Assembly (NCBI GenBank): GCA_019057635.1
Contig: DXJL01000121.1
Coordinates: 1 to 16,637 of the forward strand
Origin: Candidatus Heimdallarchaeota archaeon
GTDB lineage: Archaea; Asgardarchaeota; Heimdallarchaeia; Hodarchaeales; Hodarchaeaceae
Direction: 5' to 3'
Length of the DNA: 16,637 nt
The translations under genes and the position numbers were made by a program. Below the pieces are notes generated by a model that saw nothing but the letters and a program-made list of their open reading frames with translations, had not been told where the DNA came from and searched no databases. Shown in pieces: positions 1-7,980 of this stretch; positions within the stretch are counted from its first letter, which is position 1; each line of letters starts with the position of its first letter.

Positions 1-294
1 ATCACTTGATTTACCAAGACGATAAGATGCCTCAATTTTGCATAATAACAGATCTATAGCATTTAAACTTTGACCATACTTTTCTAGAATTTTGTCGATT
101 TCTTCTCTGGCCTTCTTATAATTTCCCTGTCGTATGTATAAGGTATTTATTAGCAAATCAAAATTAAATTGTGTTTCTTGATCAATTGGAATGCTGGATT
201 TTTCTGCTTGAAGTAGATTCAGGGCTTCTGTAAATCCTCCAGTTAACATGAGGGTCTTTGCTCGATTTAAAGAATCCTGATTATTTTTGGTCAA
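1..294 (-). CDS. TPR-repeat-like protein, 5' part (continues off the left edge); not in the ORF track
   Basis: Manual translation from TTG at 294: MTKNNQDSLNRAKTLMLTGGFTEALNLLQ...LYIRQGNYKKAREEIDKILEKY...LCKIEASYRLGKSSD. This is 98 open codons with TPR-like patterns (G-FTEAL, LY..QGNYKKA). A TTTATATA box lies about 24 nt upstream. Confidence 0.75.
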   Translation of the reverse strand, partial: MTKNNQDSLNRAKTLMLTGGFTEALNLLQAEKSSIPIDQETQFNFDLLINTLYIRQGNYKKAREEIDKILEKYGQSLNAIDLLLCKIEASYRLGKSSD

Positions 295-317
295 AGTTAT
301 GGAACAACACCAGAGTC

Positions 318-325
318 TATATAAA
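318..325 (-). promoter_or_regulatory. Putative TATA box (TTTATATA) for the TPR gene, likely a leaderless transcript
   Basis: Matches the archaeal TATA consensus about 24 nt upstream of the TTG at 294. The overlapping T-run on the minus strand could also terminate the ExoIII transcript. Confidence 0.45.
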
Positions 326-368
326 AAAAAATTATATGACAAATAAGTATTTTAAGGTAATGGTACAA

Positions 369-1136
369 TTAAAAAGACAGTTTAAGTCCTACGGGAGCGT
401 GATCAGATCCTAGTATTTCAGGTAAAATGAAGGCGTCTTTAACATTAGTTTTAAGATCTTCTGTAACCACAAAATAATCAATACGCCATCCAATATTTCT
501 TACTCTTGCATTTGAACGGTAAGTCCACCAAGAATAATGGTCTGGATCCTGAGTAAACATCCTCAATGTATCGATGTAACCGTGGTCTAATAATTCCGTA
601 AAGTATGCTCTCTCGGTGGGAGAAAAACCAGCATTCTTCTGATTAGTTTTAGGGTTTTTAAGATCGATTTCCTTATGAGCAACATTGAAATCACCACACA
701 AGACAATCGGTTTCTTTGTTTTCAACTTTTCCATATATGTCAATAGTGTTTGATTGAATTGCTGCTTATATTCTAAGCGTTTCAGTTCTCTTTGTGCATT
801 TGGGAAGTACAAATTGATTAGAAAGAAATTTTTAAATTCTAATTGTAAAAATCTCCCCTCTAAATCAAGGATCGAATGACCAGTCTTTGTAAGAGTACTA
901 AGTGGTTTATGCTTGGTTAAAGTTAAAACTCCACTATAACCTTTTTTTTCTGCGGAATTCCAGAATAATTGATAGTTCGGAAGATCAAATGACAAAGACA
1001 ATTGATCTGGTTGAGCCTTTGTCTCCTGTACACATAAAATATCGGGTTTTCGTTGTGCAACCCAGTTTATGAACACTCCCTTTGAAATACAGGCTCTAAT
1101 ACCATTAACGTTCCATGAAAGCAATTCTAATTCCAT
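369..1136 (-). CDS. xth: Exodeoxyribonuclease III / class II AP endonuclease (Xth/APE1 family)
   Basis: Motifs SWNVNGIRA, PDILCVQETK, KKGYSGV, EGR, YFPN, GDFNVAH, YSWW, WRIDY and SDHAPV are present. Start moved from the GTG at 1145 to the ATG at 1136 because the GTG lies inside an AGGTG Shine-Dalgarno (1143-1147). Confidence 0.96.
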   Translation of the reverse strand: MELELLSWNVNGIRACISKGVFINWVAQRKPDILCVQETKAQPDQLSLSFDLPNYQLFWNSAEKKGYSGVLTLTKHKPLSTLTKTGHSILDLEGRFLQLEFKNFFLINLYFPNAQRELKRLEYKQQFNQTLLTYMEKLKTKKPIVLCGDFNVAHKEIDLKNPKTNQKNAGFSPTERAYFTELLDHGYIDTLRMFTQDPDHYSWWTYRSNARVRNIGWRIDYFVVTEDLKTNVKDAFILPEILGSDHAPVGLKLSF

Positions 1137-1189
1137 TAGAAACACCTAAAGTTATCTATTCAGTTATGAAAGTTTTTGGGATAATGTTT

Positions 1190-1200
1190 GTATAAATAAT
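1190..1200. promoter_or_regulatory. Possible TATA element in the divergent xth / CoA-transferase promoter
   Basis: TATAAATA at 1191-1198 reads TATA-like on both strands and lies about 55 nt from each start codon. Confidence 0.35.
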
Positions 1201-1253
1201 TCTATGATTCGATTTATTCAACAAATTCAAGATAATATGGTGTTGGAGCAAAT

Positions 1254-2093
1254 ATGGTTGTTATCGGTACGATAGAAAATCTTGTTAAGAAGGTAATTAC
1301 GCCTGATATTAAAATTTCCTTTGGAGGGGCAGCATTATTCCTGAAACCTATGGAAGTAGTACGAGAAATCATACGTCAAGAAATCAAGGATTTAATTATC
1401 TACACATTGATCGGTGATCTTGACATTGATCTTCTGTTAGGAGTTAAGGCCATCAAAGAGCTGCACTCAAGTTATGTAGGATTGCCTATGATTGGAATGG
1501 CACGACACTTTCGGAAGGCCATGGAAAAAGAACAAAGTGTCGATTTCTATGAATGGACAGAACTAAGTATGGTTAGAGCATTTCAAGCGGGAGCAATGGG
1601 GACTCCTGCAATAATGTTACGATCATTACTTGGATCAGATTTGGTTAAATTACGGGAAGATTTTGAAGAAGTAACATATAGAGGGATGAAGTACATTCAG
1701 GTCCCTGCTATAACCCCTGATCTGGCAATAGTTCACGCTTATGCTGCAGATCAAAATGGTAATGTGTTTTATCCGAAACATCATGCCTTAGATGAATTTT
1801 CTACTCTTCCAGCTCAATGTGCGAAACAATTGTTTGTATCTGTTGAAAGAATGATAACAAATGAAGAAGGTAGAGAGCTAATACAGCAAGGACAATCTAC
1901 AATGTTTTCATCCATTGACGTAGATTTTGTTGTTGAAGCACCAAAAGGAGCTTGGCCATCTGGCTTTCCCCCATTTTATGCTAGTGATATGGGTCATATT
2001 ATGACCTATTCTGGGATGGCTAATATGCCCGAAACATTTGACATGTACCTCCGGGAGTATGTTTTTGGAAAGTCACAGGAGGCAGTCCAATGA
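1254..2093 (+). CDS. Family I CoA-transferase-fold protein, alpha subunit (GctA/IpdA-like)
   Basis: Motifs ISFGG, P(MEVVREIIRQ)..KDL, DLLLG, AGAMGTP..RSLLGSDL, VPAITPDLAIVHA..AD..GN, SVE, VD.VVEAPKGAWP and Y..D..H. ATGA overlap with the next gene. Confidence 0.9.
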   Translation: MVVIGTIENLVKKVITPDIKISFGGAALFLKPMEVVREIIRQEIKDLIIYTLIGDLDIDLLLGVKAIKELHSSYVGLPMIGMARHFRKAMEKEQSVDFYEWTELSMVRAFQAGAMGTPAIMLRSLLGSDLVKLREDFEEVTYRGMKYIQVPAITPDLAIVHAYAADQNGNVFYPKHHALDEFSTLPAQCAKQLFVSVERMITNEEGRELIQQGQSTMFSSIDVDFVVEAPKGAWPSGFPPFYASDMGHIMTYSGMANMPETFDMYLREYVFGKSQEAVQ

Positions 2094-2902
2094 GCAAGAG
2101 CACTGATTACGAACCAATCGATTTAATCGTAATATCATTAGCACGTGAAATTAACGACTCCGAATCCTGTTATACTGGAATAGCAATACCCTCTGCAGTT
2201 GTTGCAGTTCAACTTGCACGTATGACGCATGCGCCAAATCTTCAATTCTTTTATGGAGGTTATTGGATTAATCCTGATCTGGATGTTGATCTATTTACCA
2301 TTATGACTGATACCGAAGCATTTGTAGAGTCAATATCAAAAGCCCAAGGTTTTTCGCACTTAGTCCAACTTTATCAGTACTGGGAGGGGCCAAAACATAC
2401 ACTTTCTTTTGGAATCATCCGCCCAGCTCAAATCGACCAATTTGGAAATATTAATAATAGTGTAATAGGCGACCCACATCATCCCAAATTTCGTTTTCCA
2501 GGTGGCGCGGCTGCTGGTGATATAATTAATACTTGTTCCCGCGTGATAGCTTATGTTCCCCGTCACGATGTTAGAACGTTTGTACCGGAAGTTGATTTTA
2601 TCACTGGAAGAGGGAGCTCTCCAAAGTGGAGAAAAGATGTCGGATTGACCGATTATCAAGGAATTAAGACTGTGGTAACAGATCTAGCAATTTTAGAATT
2701 TCACCCATCTAGTGGAAAGATGTGTGTACGCTCAATTCACGAATTTTCAACTATAGATGAGGTTCAGGAGAATACAGGATTCGATTTAGAGATTCCTAAA
2801 GATATTCCAACTACTCGAGCCCCAACCAAAGAAGAGCTGGATATATTACAATCTAAAGCTGATCCCTTATCTATTCGTAACTTTGATTCACGTAACAGGT
2901 AG
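2090..2902 (+). CDS. Family I CoA-transferase-fold protein, beta subunit (GctB/IpdB-like); canonical catalytic Glu appears absent
   Basis: Motifs LAR.THAPNL, AQID.FGNIN.S.IG, RFPGG, H..RTFV..VDFITG, VVTDLA, S.H...T.DEVQENTGF and PT.EEL..L...DP. AGGAGG SD at 2077-2082; translationally coupled to the alpha subunit. Confidence 0.9.
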   Translation: MSKSTDYEPIDLIVISLAREINDSESCYTGIAIPSAVVAVQLARMTHAPNLQFFYGGYWINPDLDVDLFTIMTDTEAFVESISKAQGFSHLVQLYQYWEGPKHTLSFGIIRPAQIDQFGNINNSVIGDPHHPKFRFPGGAAAGDIINTCSRVIAYVPRHDVRTFVPEVDFITGRGSSPKWRKDVGLTDYQGIKTVVTDLAILEFHPSSGKMCVRSIHEFSTIDEVQENTGFDLEIPKDIPTTRAPTKEELDILQSKADPLSIRNFDSRNR

Positions 2903-2972
2903 TAAATTAAGAGCAAGATTAAAAGCGTTAGTTAGTCCTATTTAGCAAATTCACCCAGAATTAGGTGTATAA

Positions 2973-4244
2973 ATGGAACCTGTTATTACTCGTGCTCCTG
3001 TTTCGTATAATCGTGCAACTTGGGCAGCTGGATTAGCAACATTGTTTGCAAATCTCCCTCTTTTAATATATGGATTATATGTGAACATATTTTTAACAAC
3101 GGATTTATTAACAGTCATTCTTATAGTTACAATAATTGGAACTCTGCGGAATATACTCCAAATTTTCCTACGCATCCCGCTTGGAGAATTATCTCAGATA
3201 ATCGGCCGAAAACCGTTAATTGTTATGGGCCATTTTAGTTATACTCTTGCACTGTTCTTGATGTCTATCGCGACTGATTGGAAACTCGTTATTCTAAGTA
3301 CTGCATTTATTGGTATTGGGATGTCGTTATTTTGGCCATCAATCTTTGGCTATCTTGGGGATGTCGATATCGATCGTATGGGCGAATCACAAGGAAGAAT
3401 TTTTAGACAGAGTGATATAGGATCGATTCTTGGTGCAATTTTCGCTTTTTATCTTCTGGATAATTTACAGTTTTCACTTCAAGAACTATTTGGAGCAATA
3501 GCGATAATTTCATTTATCACTGGTATAGTGACTGTTCTTTTATTACCCGAATCATTGACGAAAGAAAATCGAAAATCCGTTGACAACGTTCCAAAAGCAC
3601 TTCTAAATTCCTGGTCAACAATGACCAAATCATTAAAAGAAATGAGCATGACGAATCAATTATGGCAAGTGTATTTTTTTCATTTCATTCTAGCGTTTAT
3701 AGAATTTACTACAAGCTATTATGTTCCACTAATTATAATTTCCAAAGGATTTACAAATGCTGATGTCTCAGCGATTTGGCTATGGTCATTAATACTGATT
3801 TTTTGGATAAAACCATACTTAGGAAGGTTAACCGATAGGTTTGAATTTGTTTCAGCGATTACTGTAACTTTAATGATAACTTGTGTGACGGTACTTGGTT
3901 ATGTATTCATTAATGATTTTATCCTACTTATTGGAGCATATATTTTAGTAAATAGTTCTATTCTGACTTCTTATATCGCAGCAAATGGTGAAACGGCACG
4001 AAGAGCACCAATTGAACATCGTGGTGTAGCCTTAGGTGTTTTTGGTGTCTATGTCTCACTTGGAAGAACAACATCAACGCTAGTCTTAGGGCCAATCTGG
4101 GAAATTTTCAATTTAACTACAGTTTTTGTGTTTACATCTGTTCTTATTTTTTGCTTGATTTTCCTTCTTCGTAGAGTAATAAATAGAAATCACAACGGAT
4201 CTAGTTTGAAAAAGAAGTTGTACTTGGATTTTGAGAAAAAATGA
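2973..4244 (+). CDS. Major facilitator superfamily transporter
   Basis: About 12 hydrophobic segments. MFS motif A variants GELSQIIGRK and GRLTDRFE, plus APIEHRGVALG. AGGTG SD at 2963-2967. Confidence 0.93.
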   Translation: MEPVITRAPVSYNRATWAAGLATLFANLPLLIYGLYVNIFLTTDLLTVILIVTIIGTLRNILQIFLRIPLGELSQIIGRKPLIVMGHFSYTLALFLMSIATDWKLVILSTAFIGIGMSLFWPSIFGYLGDVDIDRMGESQGRIFRQSDIGSILGAIFAFYLLDNLQFSLQELFGAIAIISFITGIVTVLLLPESLTKENRKSVDNVPKALLNSWSTMTKSLKEMSMTNQLWQVYFFHFILAFIEFTTSYYVPLIIISKGFTNADVSAIWLWSLILIFWIKPYLGRLTDRFEFVSAITVTLMITCVTVLGYVFINDFILLIGAYILVNSSILTSYIAANGETARRAPIEHRGVALGVFGVYVSLGRTTSTLVLGPIWEIFNLTTVFVFTSVLIFCLIFLLRRVINRNHNGSSLKKKLYLDFEKK

Positions 4245-4255
4245 AATTTTAAATT

Positions 4256-4288
4256 ATTTTTATATATTTAATTTTTCCCTTTTTTTTA
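4256..4288 (+). terminator. Oligo-T archaeal-type terminator region after the MFS gene
   Basis: Several T-runs, including T8 ending at 4287, in the short convergent gap between the MFS gene and lrpA. Confidence 0.5.
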
Positions 4289-4303
4289 GGTTTGAAAATG
4301 TTA

Positions 4304-4771
4304 TTATTTTAATTTTTGAGTAACCGTTGCGGGACAGATTTTTGTGATTCCAGGTAATTTTTCCAATTTTTCAATAAAACTATCTAAATGATCATTGTTT
4401 TTGAACCAGCATTCCATTAAAAAGTCGTGATCTAAACTCGTCTGAAAGATACTTCTAACTTCAGGCCATGCCTTAACTTCCTCTAAAGCTTGACGATATA
4501 AAACGGCATCAGCATCAAATCCAATAAATGAAGATATTTCGAAACCCAACTTTCTGGGATCAATTTCTATTGTAAATCTCTTAATTATTCCTTCTTTACG
4601 GAGCTTATTTACTCTCTTACGAACAGCAGTATCGGAGACATGAAATATATCCGCTAATTGTTTCCAACTACGACTAGAATCTTGTACCAAGATATCCAAC
4701 AAGTCTTCGATAACTATGAGTCCTTTATGTTCTTTATTTTCCGTTGCATGGGGCATATTAAACTGATCCAA
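4304..4771 (-). CDS. lrpA: Lrp/AsnC family regulator, Pyrococcus LrpA-like (start could be the ATG at 4756)
   Basis: wHTH L..DS.RS..QLA..F.VSDTAVRKRV..L..EGII..FTI.IDP.KLG and RAM domain DHDF...W....LEKLPGITKICPA...KLK closely follow the P. furiosus LrpA pattern. Confidence 0.88.
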   Translation of the reverse strand: MDQFNMPHATENKEHKGLIVIEDLLDILVQDSSRSWKQLADIFHVSDTAVRKRVNKLRKEGIIKRFTIEIDPRKLGFEISSFIGFDADAVLYRQALEEVKAWPEVRSIFQTSLDHDFLMECWFKNNDHLDSFIEKLEKLPGITKICPATVTQKLK

Positions 4772-4820
4772 TTGAGAAGGTTCATGTTTCGATATGTTGA
4801 ATGCGCAATAAATAGATATA

Positions 4821-4837
4821 GGTTCGAGATCCGAACC
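4821..4837. promoter_or_regulatory. Palindrome GGTTCG-N5-CGAACC, candidate LrpA operator
   Basis: Perfect 6-bp GC-rich inverted repeat in the AT-rich lrpA/ferritin divergent spacer. A further GGTTC half-site lies at 4779-4783. Confidence 0.6.
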
Positions 4838-4954
4838 ATGATGTACTAAAGTCTCTGAAAAAAACAGCAGTTAGATATCTTCTTATGCTAACAAAAAGCA
4901 TAATGATTACTATCAACCGTTGAAACATAAAAATTCCTTTTAGGATGTATCCAA

Positions 4955-5458
4955 ATGGCTTTAATTAGTGAAAAATTTAATGATGCGTTAAACGCACAAA
5001 TTCAAGAAGAATTATATTCTGCTTATCTTTATCTAGGAATGTCTTACTGGTTAAAAGAGCACAATTACAATAATTTAGGTGAATGGTATTTCATTCAGTA
5101 CAATGAAGAATTAGCCCATGCTTACAAATTTATGGATTATATCGTTGAGACAGGCGGTAGTGTTAAGCTATTAGCACTAGATTCACCAAAAATTGATTGG
5201 AAAAATGTCGAAGAAATTGTAAATGCGGCTTATGGACATGAGCAACATATTACTGGAAAGATCAATGACTTAGTCATTCTTGCCGAAGAATTAAAAGAAT
5301 TTGCTCCCCGTGAACTTCTCCAATGGTTTATTTCCGAGCAGATTGAAGAAGAAGCATCTTCTAGTGAGCTAGTTAATCGTCAAAAAGAATTCCACAATGA
5401 TATGTTATTCGATCATCACACCCATCGCGTTAGCGGATCAACAACATCAGAAGAGTAA
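4955..5458 (+). CDS. ftnA: Non-heme (prokaryotic) ferritin
   Basis: LN.QI.EELYSAYLY..MS, EELAHA.KF.DY, HEQHIT..IN.L and LQWFISEQIEEE supply the full ferroxidase-centre pattern; 167 aa. Confidence 0.95.
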   Translation: MALISEKFNDALNAQIQEELYSAYLYLGMSYWLKEHNYNNLGEWYFIQYNEELAHAYKFMDYIVETGGSVKLLALDSPKIDWKNVEEIVNAAYGHEQHITGKINDLVILAEELKEFAPRELLQWFISEQIEEEASSSELVNRQKEFHNDMLFDHHTHRVSGSTTSEE

Positions 5459-5489
5459 ATCTTCATACACTGACTTAAATCCTAAGTTA

Positions 5490-5509
5490 GTTTTTGTCTC
5501 TTTTTTTTT
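5490..5509 (+). terminator. Oligo-T terminator after ferritin
   Basis: T5 and T9 tracts about 30-50 nt after the stop, in the convergent gap with the helicase. Confidence 0.5.
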
Positions 5510-5521
5510 AACCTGGGTTCA

Positions 5522-7717
5522 TCATTCATATAAGAAGAGTTTGATATCATCTACGAGTTTATTTAACGCTCTTTTTTCGACTCTGGGGAGTAACATATCT
5601 TGAACATGTGGTTCGATCACATCATCGATACTGCGCGCCTCTGCAACTTCGTACTCATATTTTAGTTCCATTGGATCGATTACTAGTTCAAAGAGCTTCG
5701 CCACTTTACCGGGACGAGTCGCTCTCCCAACTCTTTGGATTTGTTCTCGCCGATTTTTTGTTCCAGAAACGATTATTATTGTATCTGCTGGGGCATCGAA
5801 TCCTTCATTAAGCATTTTTACGAGAATAAGGGTATTTATCTCCCTATGTCGAAATTTATCGAGAAGAATATTGAATTCTTTATCATTTAGAACCGTTTCT
5901 CCTGTTAATAATGTACTAGCGATTTTTCGCTCTTTTAGAAACTTGTGTATTGCCTTTGCGTGATTAATTCGACTTGTGAAGACAAGTGTCTGTGAAGTTA
6001 ATGGGGACTCCAGTAGTTTGTGTATGGCAAATAGCTTATACCGAGCTTCTCGTGATACTTTGCCGTGAGATGACTTTCCTTTTTGGGTGATAGTGGTTTT
6101 TTCTTCTGACGTTAAGGGTATGTAAATTCTTTCTGAGTAAATTGGAGCAATGAATCCCTCACGAGCTAATAATCCATAATTAATCTTGTGTATGATCGGC
6201 CCCATAGTAGCGACTACTAGACTTGAATGTAATGTCTTTTCGATGGTCGCACTGAGAGCCATTCGCCGAGGTATCTCTAGATCTACGGCTATGTGCCGAA
6301 ACGTTTCTGCCTGGATATGATGTGATTCATCGGCTATTAATAAGCCAAATTTATCTGTAAAAAATCCAATTGTATCTTTGACTAAAAGCTTATCACGGGA
6401 AACTTTTTCAAGTTCCTTCTGTTCTAATGCATGAAAATCTTGTAAGTATTGGGCAAGTAATTGAAATGTTGAGATTACGATCTGATATTGGCGAAATGCT
6501 TTCTTCTGGCCTGTAAAAATTCCTATTTCGGATGGTTCTATTCCTATAAATTGACCAATTTGACTAATCCATTGATCGACTAAGGCAAGATTAGGAACAA
6601 GTATCAGGGTCCGCTGTTGAACTTGTCTTATGGCATCAATTCCAATTATTGTCTTACCAGCACCAGTTGGTAACTGTATTGTCCCGAATTCCTGGTTTTC
6701 TACCCATTTCTCTATTCCAGCTTGTTGGTATGACCGCAATTCATAGTTGTGTTGCATTTCTGTCTTCCAAACTTTCTTATCAAGTTTTGGAGTGAATTGA
6801 GCGTATTGTAAGTCGAAAAGTGTATTCGTTTTGGATTCTTTGATGCTCTTTTCCACCATCCGCCAAAAATGATTTGCTCGGAATGCGGCCCAAAACGCCA
6901 CTTCTATCTCTCGTTCCCCTACTTGAGTAATACACGTCAAGTAGTCCGCATTCGGATCGTCTTCCGATCTTATCGCCATATACCGAGTAAAAATATCGAA
7001 TAATGTGTGAAACCAAGTATTAAAAGCTTTATTCCATTTAATCCTTAATTTATTCTCCACCGACTCTACAATAAGTGTATATTCTTGATGGCCTGTTGTT
7101 GAAAGCGATTGTAATTTTTCTTTCGCCCCTGGACTATATTTTATTGTTACTCCTGTTCTCTGCAAGAGCTGAATATCTTCCTGTACAAGATGTGGGAATT
7201 GTAGAATGAATTTTGTTGGTCTATGAGTCCGCTCATGTTCCCAATAGCTATTATGTTTTCGCCAATTGCGTTCCCAAATCCGGAATTGCTCTCCTACCCA
7301 CGAGAAATAAAAGAATTTTCTATCATATTCTTCCGACCCCTCCTCTTTTTTTAAATATTCAAAGTAATCTTCAACGTTCAGACTTCGTGACCGCTCTTTC
7401 TTGTAATGAGAACGTCGGATTGGTATCCAAGCGTTTATCTTGGTAAATGGGTACCAGGGGAAATCGACTAAGAAGCTCAAGTCTTCTTGAATTGTTATTA
7501 TGAATTCATTCTTCTTTGAACTTAAAAACGCTATCCAGGCTTCCTCTGTAACTGAAGCACCTTTCAGACGTGGACTTTGCTTTCCCCGTAATCCAAGATT
7601 GGGAGAAGAACAAACATGTGTTCTTATATTATGACGACAAAGAGGAGCAGAGCATTTACTACAACGGTAAATTTTCGCCCCGGCTTCCGCACATTCATTA
7701 CAAATTTCTAAGCTAAT
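5522..7717 (-). CDS. XPB/ResIII-like superfamily 2 (DExH) helicase with a long N-terminal region and an N-terminal Cys/His zinc finger; probable non-canonical start (ORF track start 7480)
   Basis: Motifs LRSYQ (Q motif), LPTGAGKT, LVP...LVDQW, DESHH, ALSAT, LNEGFD.P and QRVGR.TRP. The frame stays open upstream of 7480 to a TGA at 7729-7727 and encodes CNEC..CSKC....CRHNIRTHVC. The helicase call is firm; the start position is less certain. Confidence 0.8.
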   Translation of the reverse strand: MSLEICNECAEAGAKIYRCSKCSAPLCRHNIRTHVCSSPNLGLRGKQSPRLKGASVTEEAWIAFLSSKKNEFIITIQEDLSFLVDFPWYPFTKINAWIPIRRSHYKKERSRSLNVEDYFEYLKKEEGSEEYDRKFFYFSWVGEQFRIWERNWRKHNSYWEHERTHRPTKFILQFPHLVQEDIQLLQRTGVTIKYSPGAKEKLQSLSTTGHQEYTLIVESVENKLRIKWNKAFNTWFHTLFDIFTRYMAIRSEDDPNADYLTCITQVGEREIEVAFWAAFRANHFWRMVEKSIKESKTNTLFDLQYAQFTPKLDKKVWKTEMQHNYELRSYQQAGIEKWVENQEFGTIQLPTGAGKTIIGIDAIRQVQQRTLILVPNLALVDQWISQIGQFIGIEPSEIGIFTGQKKAFRQYQIVISTFQLLAQYLQDFHALEQKELEKVSRDKLLVKDTIGFFTDKFGLLIADESHHIQAETFRHIAVDLEIPRRMALSATIEKTLHSSLVVATMGPIIHKINYGLLAREGFIAPIYSERIYIPLTSEEKTTITQKGKSSHGKVSREARYKLFAIHKLLESPLTSQTLVFTSRINHAKAIHKFLKERKIASTLLTGETVLNDKEFNILLDKFRHREINTLILVKMLNEGFDAPADTIIIVSGTKNRREQIQRVGRATRPGKVAKLFELVIDPMELKYEYEVAEARSIDDVIEPHVQDMLLPRVEKRALNKLVDDIKLFLYE

Positions 7718-7980
7718 GATAAGCCCTCATACGGCTGGTTAGAGATTTTTTTGGTTAAATTGAATCGCGTTGAATATAGATTATCAGGGAGATGTCCCTT
7801 AGTATTAAAAAATGATTAGTGACGACAATTTTTCGATTATGGAAAAAATCCCTCTATTTGCTGTTTTCTTATGGGAAAATTAAATATTTTTCGTTATTTT
7901 TCTCGGTTCAGGAGTATGTGTTATGAATACCAAATGGATTTCTGATTTTTTCCATTAAAAATTCATCAAATCAGAATTGC

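Noticed and set aside
2360-3238. ORFs 2360-2659(-), 2951-3175(-) and 3020-3238(+)
   Set aside because: Shadow frames lying within or mostly overlapping the well-supported CoA-transferase beta and MFS genes; no recognisable motifs.
4658-5811. ORFs 4658-4849(+), 5397-5603(+) and 5608-5811(+)
   Set aside because: They overlap lrpA, the ferritin terminator or the helicase, in antisense or an alternate frame; no protein-like features.
5522-7717. Helicase as a type III restriction or other defence-system subunit
   Set aside because: No methyltransferase, nuclease domain or defence partner is adjacent, and the motif set fits XPB-like repair helicases.
7786-7799. Inverted repeat AGGGA-GATG-TCCCT upstream of the helicase
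   Set aside because: Only 5-bp arms and a single copy; insufficient support.
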